64,000 bases of DNA from Antedon mediterranea (GCF_964355755.1 NC_092679.1:14615432-14679431); one strand, 5' to 3'; positions 26,029-39,646 are shown, counted from the first letter of the stretch. Program-made: numbers and translations. The notes: generated from the sequence alone by a model not told the origin.

Positions 26029-26359
26029 CTAAAACAAAGACAATAAAAAACAAACCAAAGAAACATTAATATATAGGTAGTAAAATATAATATAAAATAT
26101 TGATTTGAAAGTTTTAACAAATCTACCAGACCAATACAAGTATGGTATAAGCCCGCCATATTTTGATTAATTTTTATAGGCCTTTATTACCTCCTGCAGA
26201 GCTACTATAACTTTATAACTGCCAATTTTGAATAGCAGTTAATCCTACCATATGATTGTAATAAACAATACCATTATTTATTGCCTACTTCAATAAAATT
26301 CTATATTAAAGAGATGTTTGAAGATACAATTGTATAAATCCATTTTATTGTATACTTAC

Positions 26360-26411
26360 CTATGTCTTGTTCCTCATCAGCATCTTCTCGTCCAATAGTG
26401 GTATTACCCTC
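26360..26411 (-). CDS. STARD9: FHA exon EGNTTIGREDADEEQDI
   Basis: ttttag acceptor, G|gtaagt donor, 52 nt, FHA IGR motif. Confidence 0.95.
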
Positions 26412-26608
26412 CTAAAAGAAGAATAAAAAAAATCCCTATAAGCATTACAGTTTGAAGAGATTAAATACTGTAGTTCAATGATGTAGTTTAAAAGTACAAA
26501 AGAAAAAACAAAAATATAGGCCTACACACATGACCTTCCTGCGTCCCTTTACTGTTATGAAATTCATAGGGTACTGCACTGCCAAGGCAAATAAAAGAAC
26601 AAGCCAGT

Positions 26609-27878
26609 TGTGGCCATAGTTGCTATTCACAGGGTCTACAGCCTAGGCCTAAGATGAGGCTTATCATCATTAAATGTGGCCATAGTTGCTGTTCACAGGG
26701 TCTGCAGCCTAGGCCTAAGATGAGGCTTATCATCATTAAATGTGGCCATAGTTGCTGTTCACAGGGTCTGCAGCCTAGGCCTAAGATGAGGCTTATCATC
26801 ATTAAATGTGGCCATAGTTGCTGTTCACAGGGTCTGCAGCCTAGGCCTAAGATGAGGCTTATCATCATTAAATGTGGCCATAGTTGCTGTTCACAGGGTC
26901 TGCAGCCTAGGCCTAAGATGAGGCTCATCATCATTAAATGTGGCCATAGTTGCTGTTCACAGGGTCTGCAGCCTAGGCCTAATAAGATGAGGCTCATCAT
27001 CATTAAATGTGGCCATAGTTGCTGTTCACAGGGTCTGCAGCCTAGGCCTAATAAGATGAGGCTCATCATCATTAAATGTGGCCATAGTTGCTGTTCACAG
27101 GGTCTGCAGCCTAGGCCTAAGATGAGGCTTATCATCATTAAATGTGGCCATAGTTGCTGTTCACAGGGTCTGCAGCCTAGGCCTAAGATGAGGCTCATCA
27201 TCATTAAATGTGGCCATAGTTGCTGTTCACAGGGTCTGCAGCCTAGGCCTAAGATGAGGCTCATCATCATTGAATGTTGCCATAGTTGCTGTTCACAGGG
27301 TCTGCAGCCTAGGCCTAAGATGAGGCTCATCATCATTAAATGTGGCCATAGTTGCTGTTCACAGGGTCTGCAGCCTAGGCCTAAGATGAGCCTTATCATC
27401 ATTAAATGTGGCCATAGTTGCTGTTCACAGGGTCTGCAGCCTAGGCCTAATAAGATGAGGCTCATCATCATTAAATGTGGCCATAGTTGCTGTTCACAGG
27501 GTCTGCAGCCTAGGCCTAAGATGAGCCTTATCATCATTAAATGTGGCCATAGTTGCTGTTCACAGGGTCTGCAGCCTAGGCCTAATAAGATGAGGCTCAT
27601 CATCATTAAATGTGGCCATAGTTGCTGTTTACAGGGTCTGCAGCCTAGGCCTAAGATGAGGCTTATCATCATTGAATGTGGCCATAGTTGCTGTTCACAG
27701 GGTCTGCAGCCTAGGCCTAAGATGAGGCTCATCATCATTAAATGTGGCCATAGTTGCTGTTCACAGGGTCTGCAGCCTAGGCCTAAGATGAGGCTTATCA
27801 TCATTAAATGTGGCCATAGTTGCTGTTCACAGGGTCTGCAGCCTAGGCCTAAGATGAGGCTTATCATCATTGAATGTG
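26609..27878. repeat. Intronic 66/69-bp minisatellite, about 19 copies
   Basis: unit tgtggccatagttgctgttcacagggtctgcagcctaggcctaagatgaggcttatcatcattaaa; four units carry an extra taa. Confidence 0.97.
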
Positions 27879-28106
27879 CAAATAAACATAACAGAAGACA
27901 CATATTTAACATTCCTTTTTGTCTAAAGTCCTGATACAAAAGTTACTATTAAGGCCAACTAAGAGGGCACTGATGCATCGGCCTCAGTAAGATTTAAGGC
28001 CTGGGGTAGGAAGCAATGCAGCATAAAAAAACATCTGCACATACTAATCTGAATTGTGATAGCTTCTGCAACTATGACTTTTTTTCAGAATCACACAATC
28101 ATATTA

Positions 28107-28225
28107 GGCTCTGTCTACACTATCAAAAAAATTGTTATGTGCCCAAGTCAAATGACATCATCATGTCCATATATGGGCACAACAAATTCTGTTGTCATAT
28201 AAAGTTTGATATTGTAGACAGAGCT
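28107..28225. mobile_element. Harbinger/Tourist-like MITE, copy 1 (119 bp)
   Basis: TIR gctctgtctacactatcaaa / tttgatattgtagacagagc; TTA TSD. Confidence 0.85.
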
Positions 28226-28238
28226 TTAGACAATGTAC

Positions 28239-28358
28239 CTTAAGATGATATAAGATGATACCAGTGCTTAAGAGATCATCATCCATTCCAAGAAGGTGAG
28301 GTAAATCTGATTCAACAATAACTCCAACATTCTCACGTCGGATACCAACATTGCATTC
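28239..28358 (-). CDS. STARD9: Pre-FHA exon ECNVGIRRENVGVIVESDLPHLLGMDDDLLSTGIILYHLK
   Basis: tatag acceptor, AAG|gtacat donor, 120 nt, KIF16-type LPHL..DDD.LSTG motif. Confidence 0.95.
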
Positions 28359-28534
28359 CTATATGAATAATAAAAAAAAACATATTACATTTTGGTAGAC
28401 TGTACGAAAATACTCAAATAATTAACTCTCTTCTCAACATACTCCAAGGTTTCACAAGATATCAGCATGGTTTCTTGAACTCCAGCTAACAATCTCTATT
28501 CTAATCAGTTATTCTCTCACAATTTGTACTACTG

Positions 28535-29077
28535 TCACCACCATGTATTAATTAAACCACCATCATTACCACCACACTACCAACATTGTCACCACACTAC
28601 TATCTTTGTCACCACACCACCATCATTACCACCACACTACCAACATTGTCACCACACTACTATCTTTGTCACCAAACCACCATCATTACCACCACACTAC
28701 CAACATTGTCACCACACTACCATCATTATCAACCCCCTACCATCATTATCACCACCTCCATAACTATAACTAGCTCCATCATCACTACCAACACCAAACA
28801 CCACCATAAATACCACCACAACACTAACATTATCCTCATTATCTCTATCTCCAACAATGTCACCACTATTATCCTATCTGCCATCAGCTCCATTATACTA
28901 CCAGCACACTACCATTTACCATTACCACTGCATTCATTACAACCAACACTAAAAAAACACCCCATAAATACCACAACACTAACATTATCCCCCATTATCA
29001 CCACATTTAACATTGCCACCACCATTACTATAACTGCCACCACAATTATTATAACCGCCTCCATCATTACCACCACT
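28535..29077. repeat. CAC/CAT-rich low-complexity tract containing a 60-bp unit x3
   Basis: catcattaccaccacactaccaacattgtcaccacactac repeated at 60-bp period (28561, 28621, 28681). Confidence 0.9.
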
Positions 29078-29134
29078 GGTCAGATCTAGGCCTACGATTG
29101 CAATATATGCTCATTCAAGTTATACATACTGTAC

Positions 29135-29263
29135 CTGCATAATTGATGCTGCTTCTCTCCACTTCTCTACCCAGGCTTCAGTCAGTCTATCCACCTTCTG
29201 CTCATTCTCATGCAGTATTTCATTGATGTTCTTGTCTTGGAAAAGAGATGCCTGTGAACTACT
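29135..29263 (-). CDS. STARD9: CC1 exon SSSQASLFQDKNINEILHENEQKVDRLTEAWVEKWREAASIMQ
   Basis: ttacag acceptor, CAG|gtacag donor, 129 nt, kinesin-3 LTxxWxxKW motif. Confidence 0.93.
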
Positions 29264-30592
29264 CTGTAAGTCAATAAAGCATAACAAGTAATTAGTACAC
29301 TTTTTCCAGGGCACTAATAGAGAAATTATGCATTAAACCTAGTGCATGCACACTTTAAAATAAAACATCATAAATCTTATAAATATAGGTTTAGTATTAT
29401 GAATTAATTTGGTTGAACTTAAACATACACTTTAACGAAATTGCAAAGATTGGAATTTGCAATTTTTATAAAGATAATTGATATTGCTTAATCGAGTGTT
29501 CAAAGCATTTTGCAGGTACCTGGGATTTATCTAAAGATTTTTTATTTCATTTATGCAATCTTTATTCAACCAAATGTACATTAAAAATTGTTTAAACAGA
29601 AATAAGCAACCAAGATGTCTAGAAATGACAAAACTTGAACTCAAAAGCCTATCAACCTAGTTATAAGAATTTACAGATAATATAAATGCTCTAATAACAT
29701 AAACTATATATTTAGCTAAAAATATTAGTTTAAATATGAAAAAAGCACTATTATCTAACAAAGTACCATAATAATACATTTATAATAACATTTTGTTGCC
29801 ATGATATTTTTAGAATTATGGCAACATATTAGCAGTCGAAAATGTCAGTAGAAAAAATTGCATGCATAATAACATTAGTCATATACAAGAGAATATCTTG
29901 ACACGACCTAATCCAATCAATGCAGTACATTCTTATATAAATAAAATATAATAAGGTGATATGAATCTAGATATTGCTGAACATATTCAACTACAATTAC
30001 ATGGGAGAATATACATCCAGTATTCCAATAGATAAATGTAGTTTAACAAATTCCCAGTATAATTCCAATCATTTTGATACCTTGTATGTAGATGCACACA
30101 ATAGAAAACAATTATTTAAAGGACAAATGTAGAAATGCAGCCTACAGTATGTGATGATCTTAATGTAACTAATTTTTAGTGGGCCTTCTATCACGTTTCT
30201 TTCATCTTCTTTAAATTTATTTTAATAATCCTTTTTGTGTAATGTCTATTGTTTTTTATGAGATGAATAAAGAGTTTGATTTGAGGTGGGGATTTCAGAT
30301 GACATTTGGCAACCACCTCTCAGATCTAAGATGGCCAACAGAAAGTGTTCAAATGTAGTTAAAATGTTTCATTAAAATTCCATTCATTTTTATATACACA
30401 GTGTATGAATGTGTGTGTAGCAGACATTTGTAAATGAACAAATCTACAAACTCTTATAATATAGATAATAATTTTGTAAATAAAGACTCTCGATAAGTAA
30501 CAAATAACTATTGAGAACAATATACTATAATTACTATCCTTATATAATTGTTTAAATAATTTATAATACTCTGCATTGTTTTATATACTTAC

Positions 30593-30670
30593 AAGACTTG
30601 CACAACTCAGAAGGGCTTTCAATGAATCTATTTCGGCTCGTAACTCCCGTATTAGTCGAACGTTCTGATC
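30593..30670 (-). CDS. STARD9: Neck coil DQNVRLIRELRAEIDSLKALLSCASL
   Basis: tttag acceptor, CTT|gtaagt donor, 78 nt, kinesin-3 neck coil. Confidence 0.95.
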
Positions 30671-31154
30671 CTAAATTCAAAACAAAATACAACCATTAAA
30701 TTAATGAAAAGTTCCTTTAATTCAACTATATTTAACAGGTTAAATAAATAAATTAATGAGAAAAAAGATATATATATATAACATATGTTTATATTTTTGA
30801 TTCAACTAAGCAGCATTTTATCAAGAAAAATATACCTCAGATGTCAAAAACCAAATATATAGAAAACCCATGCTAGTAATAAATAACATTAATAGTACAA
30901 TTATTAACATTCTTGTTTCTTTGGTATAATTTTAAAATGTTACCTATTATACTACTATGTAAACAAACATTATTCATAATAGGGAGTTTAACGCAGAGTA
31001 CAACAACCGACAACCAATATGTCATGTTAGTTCATGTATGCATTTGGAAACATTGGGACGTTTGTCCTCCGTCCTCGTTTCTTTGGTATAAACTGCTACT
31101 TATTATTATAACAGTACTATTAAGTATTATTTTAAAAATATGTAAACAAACAGT

Positions 31155-31535
31155 ACTCATGATATCAAAATATTAACAATACTTCATTCTACTACTCAAA
31201 CATAGCCTCGCCTGTTTGTGATAAAACCCCTAAATGTATGGTGAGGCCTATAAAAATTATATTTTCACAAACATTACTCAACAACAAACTCCATTAGTAC
31301 TATACATAAAACTTGGCCCCTATCTTAAGGCATGTTGTTGTATGATAAACCACTAAATGTATGGTGAGGCCTAGGCTATCAAAATTATATTTTCATAAAC
31401 ATTACTCATGATATCAAAATATTAACAACAAACTCCATTTAGTACTATACATAAAACTTGGCCCCTATCTTAAGGCATGTTGTTGTATGATAAACCACTG
31501 AATGTATGGTGAGGCCTATCAAAATTATTTTTTCA
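31155..31535. repeat. Imperfect tandem duplications of about 120-150 bp
   Basis: aatgtatggtgaggccta x3; ttagtactatacataaaacttggcccctatcttaaggcatg x2. Confidence 0.8.
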
Positions 31536-31734
31536 CATTCTTCTATACAGAGAAGATCTTCTAAGAAATTCATAATTCAGTACAACAAAAATCAATAATA
31601 CTAAAATTTAAAAATCGTTAACTAGATTACATTGAATAAAATGGAAATACTGTATCATAAATAAACGGAAGAGATAAATCAATAAGTTTAACCTATCTGA
31701 TGATTTTCAGAATTGCTGTATTACTGAGGCACAT

Positions 31735-31918
31735 AATAATAATATCCTGGATTTATAAAGAGCCTAATGTTGTGAAACCTCAAGACACAAGAGAAAAAAA
31801 AAAGCTAAACCGAAGTATGGGGATATGCCCTTACACTAACCAGGGTTCGGTCTAAAATTGAACCCTGGTCAGCACCATGCTTGGGCGCCTCATACCCTTG
31901 GAAAAAAAATCTCAGTAT
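31735..31918 (-). mobile_element. Retroposon (SINE/LINE) 3' fragment with an (att)n tail
   Basis: tail aataatatcctggatttataaag.gcctaa recurs at about 51011-51043. Confidence 0.4.
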
Positions 31919-33205
31919 CCATTAATCCATGTACATTATTACTAATATAAAACTAACACTACAGACAAAAAAACATCCTGATTTGTAAAAAAAAAATAAT
32001 AACATAATTACCTATAAAACACCTTCAGTATAGTATATACCTAAGAATATGCTAATAAATTAATTACATTATGTTATTAAATTATATGACACTTTAATCA
32101 ATATTCTAGCATTCTCCATTTTACACTAAATCAGTGTTGCACACTGTTGCACTGCCATGTGACGAACCAGTACAATATCTATATAGCCAATTGAATTCAA
32201 CACTAGCACTCAGAAAATGAAGATTAGATTAATTTTCACTGATACTGTATGAGAATTGCATGTAAAATAGGAATTTTTTAGAGTTTATTATCATTGCATT
32301 ATAACCACCACCTTCACAGTGTAATTAAACAACCTAAAAAGATACTAACCAATTTATGTTTATTAGTATGATATGAGCATGATTATATCTATGTATCTGA
32401 TTCAAAATTTATTGAATATATTCTCTAAAATAATGAGATAAATAGGATCTGTGTAATCTTTAAGGTATTGGAAATAGTGTCAAATTAGGCCTTTGTAAGT
32501 TTGTGATGATACCCTTCTTTTAGTAGGCCTAAACAAAATTGTTGTGTCGGTGTAAAAAAGGCAACAATACTACAGGTATTAACATCTTTAACCTTAATCA
32601 CACACACATGCTAAGACTAGAAAGGGATTTATAAATTAGTATTCATAACTTAATTATTCCAAGTGAAAATAATATATAAAACATAATAATAGAAACAACA
32701 GCTCTCTATTATCTTACTTATAGTGGGATATTATGTATAAAACATACATAATTCTTATAATTATTAAAATCCTCTTATCTAAAGCACTAACATTAATAAC
32801 ATCCCCTGGATGAATATCAACGCTTACTGTGTGATAACATGCATACAATATAACCACACATACAGAAAAAACACTATTCCTAATTAAACATATTAACATT
32901 ATAATATTATTATTATTATTAGTATAAATATCTGGACATTTTCATAAAAATAAAAAACACAGGAAACAATATTCTATGTGTGAACAGGACTTAACAATTG
33001 TACAAGCAACAGCTTTACTGTGTGATAATATGCATACAACATTACTTATATTATATAAACATGAAGTATGTTATAGATTATACTGTTCTAATTATACAAC
33101 AATCTGGACACTTTTATTAACAATTAAAAACACAGGAAATCTAAACAATATCATTTTATGTGAAAATAATGAAATAATCGTAGAAAGCAACACTCTACTA
33201 CTCAC

Positions 33206-33303
33206 CTCGTTCACCTTCGGTTTGTTGACAATATGCTTCGCTCGTCTTGCATATCGCAGTGTGCTCATTGTCTCGTTAAAATATGTACTTGACGGTGATA
33301 CGG
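33206..33303 (-). CDS. STARD9: Motor end and neck: [32 protein letters not shown]
   Basis: tgcag acceptor, GAG|gtgagt donor, 98 nt. Confidence 0.97.
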
Positions 33304-34083
33304 CTGCATATTTAAATCAAAGTGTTTAGACCAATAACTGATTGCTTACAGAGAGGTATAGTGAACTTTGTGTTACACATGGTTTACACAGCAGAGTCAG
33401 TTATATTACAATCATTTTTCGTTAGCTCTATTATTGATTACAATTTAGGTTAGCAAACATTGAATAGACGTTGGAAATTCAAATAAAAACAATTGTTAGA
33501 AACCAGATGTTAATAAAGTGTTGTTTTTATAGAGTAAATTTGAAAATAATTAACTTGTTTTTTCTCCTTAAAATCTGGTTACAATAAAAATACTGTAATA
33601 ATTCCTATTTCATCCATAAAAACTAATATATCAAACAGTTTTATAGTACATATAATAAATATTAACAAATTTGATTTCATGATAAATAATTTGGTTGAAG
33701 AACATAAATAAAGGAAAAACATTGACATATTTATTTCATACACATCCAACAGCAAGTAAATCGCCAATTACAGGATGGATAAACATCATTTAAGGCTTAC
33801 AGAATGGAGTATGGTAAAGATACAACCCTAAAATTTCATCAGGATTGAACCCTGGAACTTGGAATTAGAAGGCAAGCATGTTAACTTACAAGGTAAGCCT
33901 CTACTACATTTCAATGAATAAATTGTTATTTATCACATTTCTCGCCCTATTTCAATATCATCATTAGTCTTAACACCAAGGTAGATAACACCAATTAAGC
34001 TTCTTCATTTTTATATACACATGCTGTAACATTTGCCTTTGGATTTTTTTTTAATCTACAGCATACATCTAAAGGATCCTGTA

Positions 34084-34300
34084 ATTGGCACATCGCTATT
34101 GGACTTAAGTGAAATAAAAACATAATATCAAAATATACTTGGCACATTGCTATTGGACTTAAGTGAAATAAAAACATAATATCAAAATGTACTTGGCACA
34201 TCGCTATTGGACTTAAGTGAAATAAAAACATAATATCAAAATGTACTTGGTACATCACTATTGGACTTAAGTGAAATAAAAACATAATATCAAAATGTAC
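34084..34300. repeat. 54-bp tandem repeat x4
   Basis: ttggcacatcgctattggacttaagtgaaataaaaacataatatcaaaatgtac. Confidence 0.93.
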
Positions 34301-34514
34301 GATAAGCAAAATGAAAATATATCAGTTTGTGTAATATTTTCTGATGTTAAATATTTCAATATAACACTAAAAATTATTGAACTAAAAATTTTCAATTAAT
34401 GATCAATTTAGAAATCTGGGTCAAACATTGTATTTATTTGAATACAATACAGTAATGTTAATCAACACATAATTCATAATGTTATTTTAAACAATAAAGA
34501 ACATATTCACTTAC

Positions 34515-34685
34515 TTGATATCATAATAGTCTTTGAGTTACCACCCAAACTATCTTTCAGTAACCATGTCAACACAGAATTCCTATACGGTATATAACCA
34601 GGTTTCCTAGGCAACCCACTAGCAGTGTAGTTCTCTTCCGCCATCGCTAAGCTCTCCATACTGGCCGCAGACAATGAGTTTGAAG
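34515..34685 (-). CDS. STARD9: Motor exon with loop-12 insertion and [27 protein letters not shown]
   Basis: gcgtag acceptor, A|gtaagt donor, 171 nt, phase 1-1; overlaps ORF 34507..34698. Confidence 0.97.
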
Positions 34686-34729
34686 CTACGCAAATCAATA
34701 GAAGAGTAATGAATTAGAATTAATTACAA

Positions 34730-35140
34730 CTTTGCATGCAAATGTCAAAATAATTAGCATAGGCAGGTGGTCAAATAAAAATTTATCTATCCATTCTATA
34801 AACGACATTGATGGATAATAATTGAACCCTTGAACTAAAAAGGATTACCTGTATAGATACATTTTAGGTCTTTTGCATACAAATGTAAAAAAAAATCAGC
34901 ATAAGGCAGGTGGTCAAATAAAAAATTATTATTTACAAAATTTATAAACATTGATAATTATTGAAGCCTTGAACTAAAAAAAGATTACCGGTTTAGGGGT
35001 TTTGCATACAAATGTCAAACTAATTAGCATAGACAGGTGGTCAAATAAAAAATTATTATTTACAAAATTTATCTATCCATTTTATATAACAATATTGATG
35101 GATAAAATTGTAAAATTACCGGTATAGATCAATTTTAGGT
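34730..35140. repeat. Degenerate tandem repeat of about 135 bp, x3
   Basis: tttgcatacaaatgt..agcat..caggtggtcaaataaaaa at about 34731, 34872 and 35001. Confidence 0.8.
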
Positions 35141-35897
35141 CTAAGGCTGGCTGTACAGTATTTCCATAAAAAGGCAGGTGAAAAATAACTTTATAATTTT
35201 TTCAGGTTTAATAAAAACCTGGCATAAATTAAATCTTTTCTAATAAAAAATGTTAATATTGACAATAAATTAATAATAATTTCATGATTTTTGCTTTTGT
35301 GAAATACAGTACTATATATAGTTTTAAATATTATATAGTTTTTTTATATAACTACATTCATAGGAATCTTACTATATATTCCTCAATAATCATAAAAATA
35401 TTAAACAGGGAGGGGAAAACAAAGTTTGGTTTGCAACTGAAATAATAGACGTAGACATTAATATTAATTTAAAAACAAGAAAATTTTTACATTGCAATCG
35501 ACTATCTTTAGGATATGAACAAGTGATTAGGGGTTTTTGATGAGGTGGCAACCATTGCTAATATATAACAGCAAAGTTATGACTTTTATCCTTGATAATG
35601 TGACTTTGGTTATTGTACACCTTTTGTTGTGGTCGAGTCAGAACAAATATTTAAATAATTAAATCATACAATCTTGTTTGTATTTTTAATCTAAACACTT
35701 ATTGGTCTTATTGAAGAGATTAGCAAATTACTGCAGAGCTGGACATAGGATTTTAAACTGGGTAGGTATGAGTTAAAAGTGAAGATTTTAAAGAAAAAAC
35801 AACTTCAAACATAAATCCAATCAAAGTTTAATCTAAAGATCTGAATTTACTTCAAGGCAACATACGATACATTGAGGGGCCTGAAAAAGACACTTAA

Positions 35898-36233
35898 AGA
35901 TGTATTGCCCCCCTGAAAAAAAAATTCTTACAATTTTTTTTTTAATATGCCATTTTAATGTAACATAATAGTTATCCACTTTGACCAAAAATTTGATTTT
36001 AAAACATTTATTTTAACTGAAAAAACTGTAATTTAAAGCAAAAAATTGTCAAATTGGCTGCCAGGTTTTTGGTTGAATTTAACTATTTATTTTGTCATTT
36101 ATAAGTGAAAACATTATTTTTTCCATTTTTTTTTCTATGGAAGTGATTAACCTTATAAAAACAACAAAATAATATATTCAAAGTCTGATTTAATTAATTT
36201 TCATTTTTTATGTTTATGGGGGACAATACATCT
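35898..36233. mobile_element. Kolobok-type MITE (336 bp)
   Basis: ttaa|agatgtattgccccc ... gggggacaatacatct|ttaa: TTAA TSD, TIR of about 15 bp starting with RR. Confidence 0.8.
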
Positions 36234-37324
36234 TTAAGGAAAAGAGCATGTGCAATAACTCATGAATGTCCTGTAATATAACAATCTAGTGAATTATCCC
36301 ATTTCTGTATATCCATATTATATGGACATACTTATGTCTTTCTACATAAAGCACCAGAAAAGTAGAACCGTTACAAATTAACAAAATGAGACTCCACAAA
36401 TAAACACTGTGCTGTGATGAATAAAGTTATGTTGAAATCGATATAAGCCTATATTATTGACTTAAAAAAAAAAAATTTATGTTAAAAATGATGTTAGTGT
36501 AAGCCAACATTATTGACATGAGGAAACAAATGATGTTCATCATCATATCATCATTATCGTCTGTTTTTCTTGGTGAAACATTGTGTACACTATCATTTCC
36601 ATGACTCGCTTTTGGTGGTCCAAAATTGATTTAATCTTTATTGAAATTTAAAAAGCCTTAACAATGCATCTCATAAAACGGAAAGCCCACACAAGTTTTA
36701 TAACCTTAGGAGAACTGCAACAAAAAATACCCCTCTGAAAACCAGCAGTATGAAAAGCACTTTAGCAAAAGCAGTATCAAAATCTTTAAAGAAACACATT
36801 GTTTATTAAGTTTACTTCTATTATTAGTACCTAAACAGAAACATATAATAGAAAAAAATGAGAAGCAAACATTGCATGAAAGCCTAGAATCATTAATTAA
36901 TACACACATTTAAATTTTCCCAAAATGTCAAAAAGTTCATTCATATTTTTCACATTTTCATATATAAAAATATTATTAATAGCTAATATGAAAGCAGACT
37001 GTAAATTTGTTTCCCAGGTTATCCACAGATTTCACTAGTCCACAAACCATTTTTCTAGCCCCTGTATCACCCATAATGTAAAAATCACATTAGTGGTTGA
37101 TTGTTACATTAGTGGGTGAAGTATATATCCTCACCTATATAATACCACTTTTAATACAATATATTACAATCTACAATTCCCAAAAATATTTTGTCTGTGA
37201 ACTGGAATTTTGAAAATGTTAGTGAAAGTGCTCTGAAAAGACAATTAAATTACAAAAAATGCGTGCAAATGGAAATTAATATAGAAAGCATTTGCTATGG
37301 TTAGGTAGCAAAGGCCAGCCTTAC

Positions 37325-37345
37325 CTTTTAGGAGCTCATTGGACC
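37325..37345 (-). CDS. STARD9: Candidate 21-nt microexon (GSNELLK) in motor loop 12
   Basis: ttgattttttcccag acceptor, AAG|gtaagg donor, phase 1-1, open in the frame set by the flanking exons. Confidence 0.6.
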
Positions 37346-38355
37346 CTGGGAAAAAATCAACAAACGGATGCAAAATGTATAAATAAAAATAAAAATCGAT
37401 TCACAAAATCATTCAATAATATTTGTGATCAACATCTAGCAGTTATTAAAATTATTAAATAAATTTTTAGTAACTTGAACTACATTTTGTTTTCCCAGTT
37501 GCAAGAGAACAATTAAATATTTAAACTACCAAACAATAAGTACTTGATTTTATTGTATATTATTATTAACATACACATTAATACATTCTTATATTGTCAT
37601 TTACAGGTTCATCATGTGAGACAAAAATAACAGTCAAGATCACAAACTTATCCCCTTACATCGCCCTCTGGAGGTTGATAATTCACTTTTTTTGCAAAGA
37701 ATTTGACTTAACTACAGAATGAACTGTTATCACAGCTCAAAAAGTTACCATAGAGGATCATGGAATATGACTGCATCGACCAATCAAATGAAGCAGTTTG
37801 AAATTAAACCCCTTACTAGGTCATACTCCACTACGCCTATTTTGCAATGTGCTGGACAACACAAGAACGTATCATACCGAACAAAGTATCCCTTTAGTAA
37901 GGGTTGCGTAATGTTATTGCACTTCCTTCATTTCATAGGAAAGTTTTTCCTGAAATGTACACCTGAATATGGATTGGGGAGGTGGAGGTTGGGGAGAATT
38001 ACTAATATATTAATTAATGTATTATTGAGATATAAATAATAATTACATAACATGTCTATCAATAATCGTATAACTTGGCCTTAACCCATCTGGTTCCTTA
38101 CCCAACCAGCTACCTTGATCATAATACCTAAACTAAATTTACCAACTACTATTTATTTCTAAATGTTTTGCCCTATTGCACAATACTATTTTGTATCCTA
38201 AACGTGCTATTATTTCAATTCTATGTAAATCTCAAATATAAATTTCAATTATAAAACACCTCATACTTTCGGAATACAACTTATGCTGATAGTTGACAGA
38301 CAAACTGTCGTCAATTAAGAAATTCTGGTTAATTAGAAGTGTGTTAATTACTTAC

Positions 38356-38453
38356 CTAATGCTGAGATACAGTTTCCAAGGGTTACTAAAGACTTGTTAA
38401 TGTTCGCACCCTCAGTCAGACGTCCTTTGCTGTAATTTGGGTCAGCTCGTTCA
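38356..38453 (-). CDS. STARD9: Motor exon [32 protein letters not shown]
   Basis: ggcag acceptor, G|gtaagt donor, 98 nt. Confidence 0.97.
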
Positions 38454-39578
38454 CTGCCGAGATAAATATAATTATATTGTAAGTTCAATTTCATTATGAA
38501 GTGAATGAGTAATTCTTGAATTATTTTTTATAATAAAAAAAAACAGTCTCTATCCTTGCATTATAGGTAGGCTGTACATTGTATGGTTCTGTGCAGATTT
38601 GATTGCAGTGTGAGGACCCTGGATCCCGAAACCCATATCTGATTTAATAAGTGCCACATCTCTTTGACTACAGAATTGGTACCGTAAACTCCTCAGAATT
38701 CATCCGTTAATATACTAGTAGGCCTAGGCTAAAGTGAATATTTTAGGACCAAGGAACCATTAGTCTTGCATTTATGGTCATTTTTTTTTGCAGGGGTAAG
38801 CTGATAATACTATGCTAGGCTTGGGCTAGCTTAGAAGAGAGGCCTAGGTCTATGAACAGCAAGCATTTTGGCCAATGTAATATTACAGATAACATAATAA
38901 AAAATGAGATATCATCTTTTTAAAAAAAAAACATTTTATTATTTATATTTATAACATATCTCTCTGAATTTTATTCCCAGCAACCTATTTAAAGAAGCCT
39001 AATTCTTACTGTCCACAAATTCATGACAATTTACATGAATTAGGGATAAATAGCCTGAAATGAATAAGTCTACAAAAGCGTCCCTTAAGCATCATTCATA
39101 ATTTAATGTAAGATTTATCAATAAATTCATGTTCGCTTCAGCTTTAAACCGTCTGTCAAATGTTCATTTCCTGATTCCAAAGGAAAGTGATTGGATTGTA
39201 GGATAATTCGTGGAACGTGGGTATACAGGTATGATTCATAAATGAATGGACATGTGACTCATCGGCAAGGTACCTGGCCAGTATTCTCAGGGTAATGGGA
39301 TCAAATCTGCACAATCTAATCAATCGATACAAAGTTTATAACATAAAACATTTTGTTATCACCCTGATTGAAATAAGTTTAAATACCTGGAAACTTTAGT
39401 TGTTGTATAGAATACTTGTGAGAGTGCTATGGGAAAATGGTACGGGATCGGACTAGCATATGAGAGGCTTGGGTTTGAAGCTGTATATATTGCACACACT
39501 GTACTTAAATAAAGTCCAAAAGATAGGTAAGATAGGGATACTTTTATAGGCAAAAACCAAGTTTAAGAATAATGTTAC

Positions 39579-39646
39579 CTTCCAGCTAAATCAACCAAGT
39601 TGATTTTACTGACTACTTCACTTGGCATGTTGTCTTTTAGTCTAGC
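39579..39646 (-). CDS. STARD9: Motor exon with switch II: ARLKDNMPSEVVSKINLVDLAGS
   Basis: ccacag acceptor, AG|gtaaca donor, 68 nt. Confidence 0.97.

Noticed and set aside
26609-27878. Regular arrays here and at 2345..3282 as possible CRISPR arrays
   Set aside because: Head-to-tail units with no unique spacers, no cas genes, and a eukaryotic gene context
28524-29089. Thr/His/Pro-rich mucin-like ORFs
   Set aside because: Translation of intronic CAC/CAT low-complexity sequence
36705-36714. 10-nt microexon candidate (and a 5-nt one at 46793..46797)
   Set aside because: Frame-breaking; the first has a weak donor; expected by chance
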